DNA from: Flavobacteriales bacterium CG_4_9_14_3_um_filter_32_8
GTDB taxonomy: Bacteria > Bacteroidota > Bacteroidia > Flavobacteriales_E > Vicingaceae
NCBI GenBank assembly: GCA_002790175.1
Contig: PFUQ01000174.1
Coordinates: 1 to 40,961, forward strand
Length of the DNA: 40,961 nucleotides
Direction of reading: 5' to 3'
The first letter of the stretch is position 1. The number at the start of each line of letters is the position of its first letter. Positions 1 to 7,622 of the stretch are shown here, one piece after another. Under the pieces are notes generated by a model. The model was not told the DNA's origin, did no database searches, and was given only the letters and a program-made list of their open reading frames with translations. Made by a program: the position numbers and the translations under genes.

Positions 1-51
1 CTGATGATGTAGGAAACTCATCGTCAATATCAATACCTTTTATAAGATAAT

Positions 52-438
52 ATGGATTTAAGCAACGAGTTTGAAAATGGTAGTTACAGTGTTAATTTAA
101 GAAAATTAACACGAAAAGCAAGGTTGGGTTTTGGTTACCAAGAAATTAAAAATATTTCTATTCAGGATATTTTAATCATGAACAAACATAAAGAATTGAT
201 TAAAATTTATTTTGGATTGGATAAAATAACTTTTACGGATGATATTTTGGAAGAATGTGGAATAGCTGAAGACATGCGTATTGTGAAACCTGGTAAAATA
301 AAGGATTATGCCGAAAGAGATATTCTTATTGATAAAGCATTGGTTACTGTTAAAGCTCGTAAAAAAGAAGAAATTGCTGCTTTTCGAGAAATGGCAAAAG
401 AATTAAGAGAAGAAGTAAAAAAAGAAAGTAAAAAGTGA
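52..438 (+). CDS. hypothetical protein, 128 aa, Lys/Glu-rich C-terminal tail
   Basis: ATG ORF bounded upstream by an in-frame TAA (43-45). Composition is coding-like. No family recognisable by eye. Confidence 0.45.
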   Translation: MDLSNEFENGSYSVNLRKLTRKARLGFGYQEIKNISIQDILIMNKHKELIKIYFGLDKITFTDDILEECGIAEDMRIVKPGKIKDYAERDILIDKALVTVKARKKEEIAAFREMAKELREEVKKESKK

Positions 439-451
439 AAAAGTCATCAGT

Positions 452-475
452 CCCCAGTCCCCAGTCCCCTGTCCC
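452..475. repeat. tandem heptamer CCCCAGT x3 + CCC (complement GGG-aca-GGGG-act-GGGG-act-GGGG)
   Basis: Read directly: tCCCCagtCCCCagtCCCCtgtCCC followed by a T-run, in the 46-nt gap between convergent genes. Confidence 0.9.
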
Positions 476-484
476 TTTTTTAAT

Positions 485-1597
485 CTACTCAGCTATAACC
501 AACTTCTGTACAAAGTATTCTTTATTATCAATACTTAATTCTACAAAATATATTCCTGATTGAATCGAATGTCTTGCTAAATCAATAAGCAATTTATTAT
601 TTCCAGCAGCTAAATTATTCGTGTAAATTGTTGCAATGTCTTTTCCTAAAACATCTTTCAATTTAACTTTAACAGAACCAGCAATAGTTGATTCAAAATC
701 AATAGTAATAAAGTTTTTTGCAGGATTTGGAAAAAGTTTTAATCCATTTATTTCATTGATTTCAGCTACCGACACATTTAAATCAATATCCTGATACTCT
801 ATTTGAGTAACATTACCAGCATTGGTAATAATTTTTAAAACTGGTATTCCAGTTCCTACAGCTAACCATTTATATTCAATTTCCTCTGGTCGGGGAATGG
901 TGGTGCCAAATCCAAATTGATCGATATAGGTGGTATCAATTTTATGCAAAATTGATTTTACTCTTAAAACTGTATAATTGGCATTTGGCAAAGTTAAAGT
1001 TCCCCAACCATCAACAGTATCAATTCTTTCTACAGATTGACCATAATAACCAAAAGTAGGAACACTCATGCCAAAAACAGAGTTAGAATTATGATTGTCG
1101 TTGTAATTCATTGGGAAAGTATATTCTCTATCAACAGGATTATTTTGTGTAGAGCTTGGTACACCATTAATTTTAGAACCAAAACCCACATTATCATATG
1201 CTGAAGATGAATTTTTGATGTAATTAAAAACCTCAGTAATGGGTACTTGAGGGATTCCTAAATCTATTCCTTTAATTGCATAACTTGCTTTATGGTTGGG
1301 ATAAAGAATAATGTTGTTAAAATAAAATTGGTAAGCTAATGGCGTTGACGATACAGAAAAAAAAGTATCCAATCTTTGTGATGATGGGACTAATGTTGAA
1401 AAATTCCAACTGTAATTGGTGCCAGTTAATACTGGGTCTAATCCTTGTATATTGTTGGTAGTACTTAACCGAAAAGTATCATTAACATTAGGCATATCGT
1501 TATTAGTAATGGTAATTTGAGCATTCATAGTAGTTGTCAGAAAAAAGAATGCCAAGAAAAAATTTAGAAACTTCATTTTTATAAAATTTAAATTCAA
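485..1597 (-). CDS. secreted protein of unknown function with T9SS (Por) C-terminal sorting domain
   Basis: 370-aa ORF. A better start is probably the internal ATG at 1576 (MKFLNFFLAFFFLTTTMNAQ signal peptide). The C-terminal ~80 aa (LKLFPNPAKNFITIDF...GIYFVELSIDNKEYFVQKLVI) fit the type A T9SS CTD pattern. Confidence 0.8.
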   Translation of the reverse strand: MNLNFIKMKFLNFFLAFFFLTTTMNAQITITNNDMPNVNDTFRLSTTNNIQGLDPVLTGTNYSWNFSTLVPSSQRLDTFFSVSSTPLAYQFYFNNIILYPNHKASYAIKGIDLGIPQVPITEVFNYIKNSSSAYDNVGFGSKINGVPSSTQNNPVDREYTFPMNYNDNHNSNSVFGMSVPTFGYYGQSVERIDTVDGWGTLTLPNANYTVLRVKSILHKIDTTYIDQFGFGTTIPRPEEIEYKWLAVGTGIPVLKIITNAGNVTQIEYQDIDLNVSVAEINEINGLKLFPNPAKNFITIDFESTIAGSVKVKLKDVLGKDIATIYTNNLAAGNNKLLIDLARHSIQSGIYFVELSIDNKEYFVQKLVIAE

Positions 1598-1730
1598 ATG
1601 TACACTATTTTTAGAATAATTGATTTAAGGTGGGTTCTAAAAACTGATTCTTCATTCGCAGCTTTCCATTTCAGTTCTTATATGGCATTTGGCAAGGTGT
1701 GTGGGTATTCTCGATTATTACGTATGAATG

Positions 1731-4700
1731 TTAATCTCCACCACCATCAGAAGTCCCAAACTCTTTAATCACCACTTTTTTTCTGTTTTCAATAATGTAG
1801 AAAGAAACATAAACTCCATCTTGAGTGTTTTTTAAAGTAATGGGAATATTGTTTCTAGTTAATTTATATTTACTACCTAAAATACTTTCATCCATTGTAA
1901 TAATGTAATCGCCATTAGGCATGTAAAATTCAAACTTACCTTTTATATTTGTTAAGGTATTATAGGTTTTTCCGTTGGTAGCGGTTATTTTAATTCTCGA
2001 TAAATCGAAAGATTTAGAGGTGTCTGCAATGGCTATTTTTTGTCGGTCTAAAACCACATCACCATAAACTTTAACTCCACGTACAAACGGAATAAATTGT
2101 TGATTATTGGTAATTACCTGAATGGTATCTTTTACATCAGGAAACCAACCCTGTAAATTATCTAAACTCCTTACATAAAATGGGTACGAGTTCATCATTA
2201 TATTTTTAATTTTAGCCTCCCCTTTATTATTGGTAATGACTTCTTTTGCTCCTAATCTTATAATTACATTCTCAATGGCAGGTTCATCCTTGTCACGTTT
2301 TCCATTTCCATTAATGTCATAAAAAGAAATAAAATCTAAGGATGCAGAAGTTTTTTTAATGAAAGGAATTGGTATTCCAAATTCTTTTCGAACCGTAGCT
2401 CCTATGGTAAAGTTTTGAGTAAGATTTCTTCCGTGGTCATTACTATTGATATTAACTAGTGTGTCGTTCGTGTAAAATGAACCATATTTACTGGTATTGA
2501 ATGAGTAATTTCCTCTTAAACTAAATTTCCAACCAGAATTGGTAAAGTAAAATATTTCAGGAAAAATTCCTATACTATGGTTGGTATAAATATTATCATA
2601 GTTGTAAATTAAATTTGATTCTAATATTAAATGCTTATTTTTAAATTGATGTTGATTTTGTAATGATAAACGCACATTTTGTGGGGTTATATCCTTATAT
2701 ACTTGGGTTTGAAAGGCATTGGTAGAAAAAGATCCGTAATTATATCTTGCAGAAAAATCCCAAACATGATATCGAAGTAAAGAAGAGAATTCAAAGTTAA
2801 AGTAATTTTTTTCAACTTCTAAATCTATAGGGTCGCTATATCCCGCTTTAATAAATGTGAAAACCAAGAAGTTTTGTAAAAAATCATACGTAGAGTATCT
2901 AAAACTACCCCCACGATTATGAATTCTTCTTGAAAGATAATCTCTATAATCATAAAAAACACCCGGTTGGTAGGATCCTTTATCTTTTTTTGTTGAGAAA
3001 GTTAAATTATTAAACAATAATTCTTGTTTAAACCCAGGTAATGTTGTAAATGTATTGTAGGTTTGTATATTTTGATAATTGTTCGACAAATAGGTATCCC
3101 AATTTTTATTTAGTTTATAGCTTGTATAGTGTGTTAAACTAAAGCGTTGAAATGAACCCATGCTAAAATTTTTATTGTTAAAACGAGATCCTAAATTAAA
3201 TTTTAATTTTTTTTCTAAAAACTGACTAGAGTAATTACCACCCACTAAGAAACCATAAATTTGATTAGAAGGAGTAGATGTATTATAATCGCTTCGTGTT
3301 GTTGTAGCACCAACGAAGCTAAAAAAATGTTTAAGTTGAATATTAAAATTAGGAAGTAGAGAAAATGAATTGATGGATTTATTACTGTAATAGGATATTT
3401 GCCGACCAAATTTACCAGTAATATTAAAATATTCGTTGTGCAGATAGGTATGAAAAATCCCGAAAGATTCGTTGCGTACTTGTCCAAATAGCCCTGGTGC
3501 TTTAACATAAAATGCCCCAGTTTTGTGTTTTTCTAAATAACTGTAAGATGCTTTTACCCCTTTTCCATAGCTAGTTATTCCAATTACATTTCCACTTACA
3601 TTACCAACTTCTACTGTTTTTTTATCATCAAAATAACCAATATACCAAGGTGCATTGGTTAAAAAATTATTAGTGTAATAATTTCGATTGTAATTCAATT
3701 GTGTAAAATAGGAAATACTTGCTTTTTCATTAATTTGTTTGAAGCCACGCATATCAATTGACATAAATGAGTTTACATCTAATAAATTTTGTACTGAAGC
3801 TTCAACGGTTAGAGGTAAATAGGGATAGCCATATTCTACCGCTTTAGCTTGATTAGGAAGTTTAATAAAATCAACTTTATTCCCCTTTTTAAACGCCCCT
3901 GCTTCTATTCCTTTCGGTTCGCTACTATTAATGTATAAGCTATATTTTTTGTAATATAAATTGGTATTTGGAAGGTATGAATTAATAGATATTTTTTTAA
4001 AATTTCGTTCTTTTTGAGTTAAAATTGACGTTCTATATTTTAATGTAGAATCTTGATGGCTTTCTAAACTCAAAGTAAAATTCGGGTTTTTAATGATAAA
4101 GTCATTCGTGTCCATTAACATTAAATCGCCTCTAAGCATCTTATAACTTACAAAAATATCTTGTTTGTAATTTCCTGTATTTTCAATTCGATATTCAAAA
4201 TCTTTATTGTTTTCTCCGTTTTTAAAATAGAATGTATTCGTTGGTTCAACACTTACGTTCCACGAGATTTTTTTTTTGGTATAAATCGAAAAATTATCAT
4301 TCGCAATTTGTTGATTATCAATATCGATAATAAATGCATTAATGATTACTTCAGTATTTCCGTTAATTAATTTTGTTGGGATAAGTATTACAGGAACAAA
4401 CAATGTATCTTTTGGTTTTATTTCGTATGAAATGGTTACATCATTCATCGATATCCAACTTCCAGGATAAATCAAATCAATTGTAAACTTTATATTTTCT
4501 GAGGTATTGTTGTAAATTTTTAAAACATTTGAAATAATTTCGCCTTGTTTTAATTCAATATTGTTTTTATTGAAACCCGTATGCAATTGGTCGGTTTCGT
4601 TTCCTTTTAAAGAGTTGCTAATACTGTCTTTTAGCTCTTTAACTAGTATTGGAGTGTTTTTGGTTGAATCGGGATTAAGCAAATCAATTATAGGTGAGCC

Positions 4701-4802
4701 TAAAATGGAATCATTTTGTGAAAAACTTAGGCTTATAAAAATTAGGTTCAATAATACGATTAATGAAAAATGAATAACAGAGCTATGTACATTTTTTTTC
4801 AA
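1731..4802 (-). CDS. 1023-aa outer-membrane protein with N-terminal beta-sandwich modules, a central beta-barrel-like region and two C-terminal SdrD-B/carboxypeptidase-regulatory-like modules (usher-like architecture)
   Basis: Long ORF with a TTG start 6 nt after the stop of the upstream gene and a KK + hydrophobic signal peptide ending SFSQ. Residues ~330-810 are dense in short alternating aromatic/polar strands (Y/F/N/S) typical of OM barrels. The C-terminal motifs are DINGNGKRDKDEPAIENVIIRL and KITATNGKTYNTLTNIKGKFEFYMPNGDY. Confidence 0.8.
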   Translation of the reverse strand: MKKNVHSSVIHFSLIVLLNLIFISLSFSQNDSILGSPIIDLLNPDSTKNTPILVKELKDSISNSLKGNETDQLHTGFNKNNIELKQGEIISNVLKIYNNTSENIKFTIDLIYPGSWISMNDVTISYEIKPKDTLFVPVILIPTKLINGNTEVIINAFIIDIDNQQIANDNFSIYTKKKISWNVSVEPTNTFYFKNGENNKDFEYRIENTGNYKQDIFVSYKMLRGDLMLMDTNDFIIKNPNFTLSLESHQDSTLKYRTSILTQKERNFKKISINSYLPNTNLYYKKYSLYINSSEPKGIEAGAFKKGNKVDFIKLPNQAKAVEYGYPYLPLTVEASVQNLLDVNSFMSIDMRGFKQINEKASISYFTQLNYNRNYYTNNFLTNAPWYIGYFDDKKTVEVGNVSGNVIGITSYGKGVKASYSYLEKHKTGAFYVKAPGLFGQVRNESFGIFHTYLHNEYFNITGKFGRQISYYSNKSINSFSLLPNFNIQLKHFFSFVGATTTRSDYNTSTPSNQIYGFLVGGNYSSQFLEKKLKFNLGSRFNNKNFSMGSFQRFSLTHYTSYKLNKNWDTYLSNNYQNIQTYNTFTTLPGFKQELLFNNLTFSTKKDKGSYQPGVFYDYRDYLSRRIHNRGGSFRYSTYDFLQNFLVFTFIKAGYSDPIDLEVEKNYFNFEFSSLLRYHVWDFSARYNYGSFSTNAFQTQVYKDITPQNVRLSLQNQHQFKNKHLILESNLIYNYDNIYTNHSIGIFPEIFYFTNSGWKFSLRGNYSFNTSKYGSFYTNDTLVNINSNDHGRNLTQNFTIGATVRKEFGIPIPFIKKTSASLDFISFYDINGNGKRDKDEPAIENVIIRLGAKEVITNNKGEAKIKNIMMNSYPFYVRSLDNLQGWFPDVKDTIQVITNNQQFIPFVRGVKVYGDVVLDRQKIAIADTSKSFDLSRIKITATNGKTYNTLTNIKGKFEFYMPNGDYIITMDESILGSKYKLTRNNIPITLKNTQDGVYVSFYIIENRKKVVIKEFGTSDGGGD

Positions 4803-4808
4803 ACGATT

Positions 4809-5423
4809 CTATGGATTTTCTTCAAGGTGGAATTTAATGTTTAATTGATATATTCCTGGATTATAGGTAAAATTGGGTTTTACACGAATATCAATATCAA
4901 AGTTAAACTCGTCGTAATTAGTTAAATAGTTGCCTGATCCATTGACATTGTCTGTACAACTACCTGCTGGTGTAACGGGTAATAATGCTGCAATAATATC
5001 TATAATATCATTGTTATTGGTAAATGTTTGAAAAACACCATCCATAGGGGAAGTAGTACAAATATTTCTAACTCTAATTTCAAGAGCATTAATAGGTGGA
5101 TTTATTCCTAATCCACTTCCATATAAATTTAACTGTTCCCATTCTGATAGTGGTGTGCCACCTCCTGGATTATTATTGATAATCATCGTTAAACTCCAAG
5201 AACATAAAGGGTCTGGAATAACTTTGTCCTCTACTTTTACTCTAATTTTAGCTACACTATTAATAATAATTCCACCATTGTAACTGGTAAAATTGTCAAA
5301 TAATAGGAGTGAATTAACGGTGGTGTTGGGGATAATTTCTACTAGCCCACAATGAATTTGAGCTTCAATAAAATTTGAAACTAAAAGAAGTATTAAAGAA
5401 AAAAAAGTTACTTTAGAAATCAT
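4809..5423 (-). CDS. secreted 204-aa subunit-like protein, paralogue of the 260-aa protein upstream (4 Cys)
   Basis: ATG start and signal peptide ...NFIEAQ. The C-terminal strand PGIYQLNIKFHLEENP aligns with PGVYTMYVQYILLEDQ of the neighbour, and the two share F-x-FD...Y..GI / [LI]RV / SW[DS]L motifs. Confidence 0.75.
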   Translation of the reverse strand: MISKVTFFSLILLLVSNFIEAQIHCGLVEIIPNTTVNSLLLFDNFTSYNGGIIINSVAKIRVKVEDKVIPDPLCSWSLTMIINNNPGGGTPLSEWEQLNLYGSGLGINPPINALEIRVRNICTTSPMDGVFQTFTNNNDIIDIIAALLPVTPAGSCTDNVNGSGNYLTNYDEFNFDIDIRVKPNFTYNPGIYQLNIKFHLEENP

Positions 5424-5436
5424 CTTTATAGAATTA

Positions 5437-5473
5437 TTAAAGGATGTGTTTGATTAGCAAACACATCCTTTAA
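5437..5473 (-). promoter_or_regulatory. 16-bp perfect stem-loop between the two subunit-like genes (possible attenuator or mRNA-stabilising hairpin)
   Basis: ttaaaggatgtgtttg-attag-caaacacatcctttaa read directly. No clear U-tract on either strand. Confidence 0.5.
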
Positions 5474-5495
5474 AATAATTACTTACCAATTTATT

Positions 5496-6278
5496 TTATT
5501 GGTCTTCTAACAAAATGTATTGAACGTACATGGTGTAAACACCTGGTTCTGCATAAGCTCCAGCTCCATTTACAGTCGCAATATCTTCAAATGTTGCACC
5601 GTCAGCATCAGCAGCATTTGGAAAAATTGCTGGTAAGCTTGGCAAAATTCTGTAGTCTATTACGTAGAAATAATCAGAAGTTAAACCTGTTTGAGTTAAA
5701 TAACTACCACCTGGCAAAAAGTCAGCACCAACTATACCAGAAGTACCAGCATGTCCACCAATGTATTTATCTACAGTTGTTGGAGGTGTGTTTGTACCTG
5801 CGTTTACATACAAACTGTTACCAGCACTTGGAGTTGTTGCAGGTGAAAAAGCTTGATTGTAATCTGAAAATAAACCTGTTGCTGCTCCATCACCATTGTT
5901 AGGTTGATTTTGGTGTAATTCTAATAAACTCAAAGGAAGATCTGGAATGGCATTCACGTTATTGTTGCCATAATCAATTTGTTGATCCCAAAATTCGGGA
6001 CCATTCGTACCAGTTGAACGTCCAACAGCATACAAATCCCAACTAACTGTTGAGCTTACTCTTAATACTGTAGCACCATACTTAGTAATACCAGCATAGT
6101 ACTCGTTAATTTCATCGAATACAAATTCGATTTGATCTGGAGTGGTCATATCCAGTTGTAAAACTGGTTGAAGATCCATGGTTACAGTTACATCTTTTTC
6201 GTCGATTAACTGTGCTTTTAAACTGCTTGCAGAGCCTATTATTAATAAAGCACCACACAAATACGATAAATTTTTCAT
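5496..6278 (-). CDS. secreted 260-aa Gly/Ala/Thr/Asn/Pro-rich subunit-like protein (candidate major fibre subunit)
   Basis: ATG start and signal peptide ...SLKAQ. The mature N-terminus DVTVTMDLQPVLQLDM has an alternating hydrophobic pattern. The C-terminal beta-strand motif is PGVYTMYVQYILLEDQ. The gene is visibly less AT-rich than its neighbours. Confidence 0.8.
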   Translation of the reverse strand: MKNLSYLCGALLIIGSASSLKAQLIDEKDVTVTMDLQPVLQLDMTTPDQIEFVFDEINEYYAGITKYGATVLRVSSTVSWDLYAVGRSTGTNGPEFWDQQIDYGNNNVNAIPDLPLSLLELHQNQPNNGDGAATGLFSDYNQAFSPATTPSAGNSLYVNAGTNTPPTTVDKYIGGHAGTSGIVGADFLPGGSYLTQTGLTSDYFYVIDYRILPSLPAIFPNAADADGATFEDIATVNGAGAYAEPGVYTMYVQYILLEDQ

Positions 6279-6295
6279 AATTGTTTTAATTTAAG

Positions 6296-6442
6296 GTTAA
6301 TAATTAATTGTTTAAGGTTTGAGGTTTGAGGTTTTTTTCAGCCTCTGATAACTTCTAACTTCCAACTTCAATTTTTTTAAGTTAATAATTGATTGATTGA
6401 TTGATTGAGATTTTTTAATAGTTTAAAGTTAATAATTAATTG
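6296..6442. repeat. three direct copies of a 15-bp core GTTAATAATT(A/G)ATTG (6296-6310, 6381-6395, 6428-6442), plus (AGGTTTG)n at 6315-6338 and (GATT)4 at 6391-6406
   Basis: Read directly in the 174-bp spacer between the PapD-like gene and the 260-aa gene. Copies 1 and 3 are identical; copy 2 has one mismatch. Confidence 0.8.
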
Positions 6443-6452
6443 ATAAATGCTA

Positions 6453-7376
6453 TTATTTTATTTCAAAATTTAATTTTGCTGCTTGAATTTCCTCTGAATT
6501 TTCGTAATCCAACACGCCAATGGCAAGGTAATTTCCTTTTTTAAGGTTTTTTGGTAACACAAAGATAAAGTCACGAATTAATTCAGGAACAATGGTAAAA
6601 GTTTTCACAGTTAAACGTTCTTGTTGCCCAGTTTTTAAGTTGGTTAAATCAATATATGATGTACAAAAAGCTATTCCATCGCCTATGTTTTTGGCTTCAA
6701 TGGTAATCATTTGAGCAGTATCTTTTTCGGCAAAACTAAAATTGATAATCTCAACTTTGTTGGTGGCAACATTTGGAGGATTTTGGTAAACAAAAACGCC
6801 AAAAGCGTAAGTGGGAATAACTCCTAAAGCTACTGTTCCATCTCCTTTTGATGGTGGTTCTAATGTTTTTCTTGGAGATTCTTGTTCCAACATAATAACG
6901 CTCCATGCCGATTTTTCCCCTGCTTCATTATTAGGAACGCTTACCGTAAATTTTACTTCTTTTTTTTCTCCAGGTTTCAATTCAATAAAAGTAGGTGAGA
7001 TGTTTATCCATTTAGCTAATGAATATTTCCCGTTTCCAGGAGCCATAAAACTTGTTTTTCCTTTTCCATTCATATTAAAATCGTAGATATTTACTTTAAA
7101 TTGTTTGGCAATTTTTGTGTCGTTATGAACAGAAATTTTATATGTTTTAGCTTCTCCAAGTTTTTGTGTTAAATGAAAATGTGCTGGAGAAACTGAAACT
7201 CCTTTGGTTTGATAATTATTTTCGCCACTTGCCTCAGGAATATTTACTGAAGGATTTACCGTAGTGGCTGATGTACTATCAGGCTTAGCAATAGAGGCAG
7301 AGTCTGTTTGAGCCAAAACAGTGAAACATTCTCCACATATAATTAATACTATTAAAAAAGTACTTAATCTAGTCAT
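6453..7376 (-). CDS. periplasmic two-domain beta-sandwich protein, PapD-like chaperone candidate
   Basis: 307-aa ORF with a signal peptide ...TVLAQ and a Ser/Thr/Pro linker, followed by two ~110-aa halves. ISPTFIELKPGEKKEVKFTVSVP and GTVALGVIPTYAFGVFVYQNPP resemble the F1/G1 strands and the ...YRP hinge of pilus chaperones. Confidence 0.75.
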   Translation of the reverse strand: MTRLSTFLIVLIICGECFTVLAQTDSASIAKPDSTSATTVNPSVNIPEASGENNYQTKGVSVSPAHFHLTQKLGEAKTYKISVHNDTKIAKQFKVNIYDFNMNGKGKTSFMAPGNGKYSLAKWINISPTFIELKPGEKKEVKFTVSVPNNEAGEKSAWSVIMLEQESPRKTLEPPSKGDGTVALGVIPTYAFGVFVYQNPPNVATNKVEIINFSFAEKDTAQMITIEAKNIGDGIAFCTSYIDLTNLKTGQQERLTVKTFTIVPELIRDFIFVLPKNLKKGNYLAIGVLDYENSEEIQAAKLNFEIK

Positions 7377-7570
7377 TAATATAAGTTTAAAATATAACTT
7401 TGCTAAAGTAATTATTTATGATTGAATTTACTGTTACGTATCATTAAAAGAATAGTTGCTTTTACTCGTAGTACATTTGTAAAAAATAAATAAGTTGTTC
7501 ATGTTTTTTCGACAAAAAATAATATATTTATTTGATTATCAAGTAGTTACTACAATACAAAAATCGTACA

Positions 7571-7616
7571 AAATAAAAAAACATCAACAAATTGATAATC
7601 AATAAGTTGATGTTTT
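7571..7616 (-). terminator. Rho-independent terminator of ssrA
   Basis: 11-bp stem aaaacatcaac / gttgatgtttt (7578-7588 / 7606-7616) with a 17-nt loop, followed on the minus strand by UUUUUUAUUU. It starts 7 nt after the tmRNA 3' end. Confidence 0.6.
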
Positions 7617-7622
7617 AATTTG

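Noticed and set aside
1651-1728. Possible additional palindromic repeat element (ttcattcg...cgtatgaa) between the T9SS-CTD gene and the 1023-aa gene
   Set aside because: Only the 8-nt ends are roughly complementary, and the interior shows no palindromy or similarity to the other elements. The evidence is too weak.
6391-6406. (GATT)4 as a phase-variation switch for the fibre operon
   Set aside because: Four tetranucleotide units are too few for efficient slippage, and the repeat is not in a coding region or in a demonstrable promoter spacer. It is noted only as part of the repeat-rich spacer.
3245-7086. Short ORFs nested in the fibre operon (3245-3508 -, 4161-4370 +, 4561-4773 +, 5591-5902 +, 6811-7086 +)
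   Set aside because: All are out of frame within, or antisense to, much longer ORFs that have signal peptides and domain structure. Their translations are low-complexity (runs of I/F/L/K or Q/H/L), as expected from AT-rich antisense reading.
485-7622. Genomic island integrated at the ssrA 3' end
   Set aside because: The position is attractive, but I found no integrase or recombinase, no duplicated ssrA 3' segment (no second ...GATTCGAACCC...), and no obvious composition shift. It is kept only as a low-interest finding.
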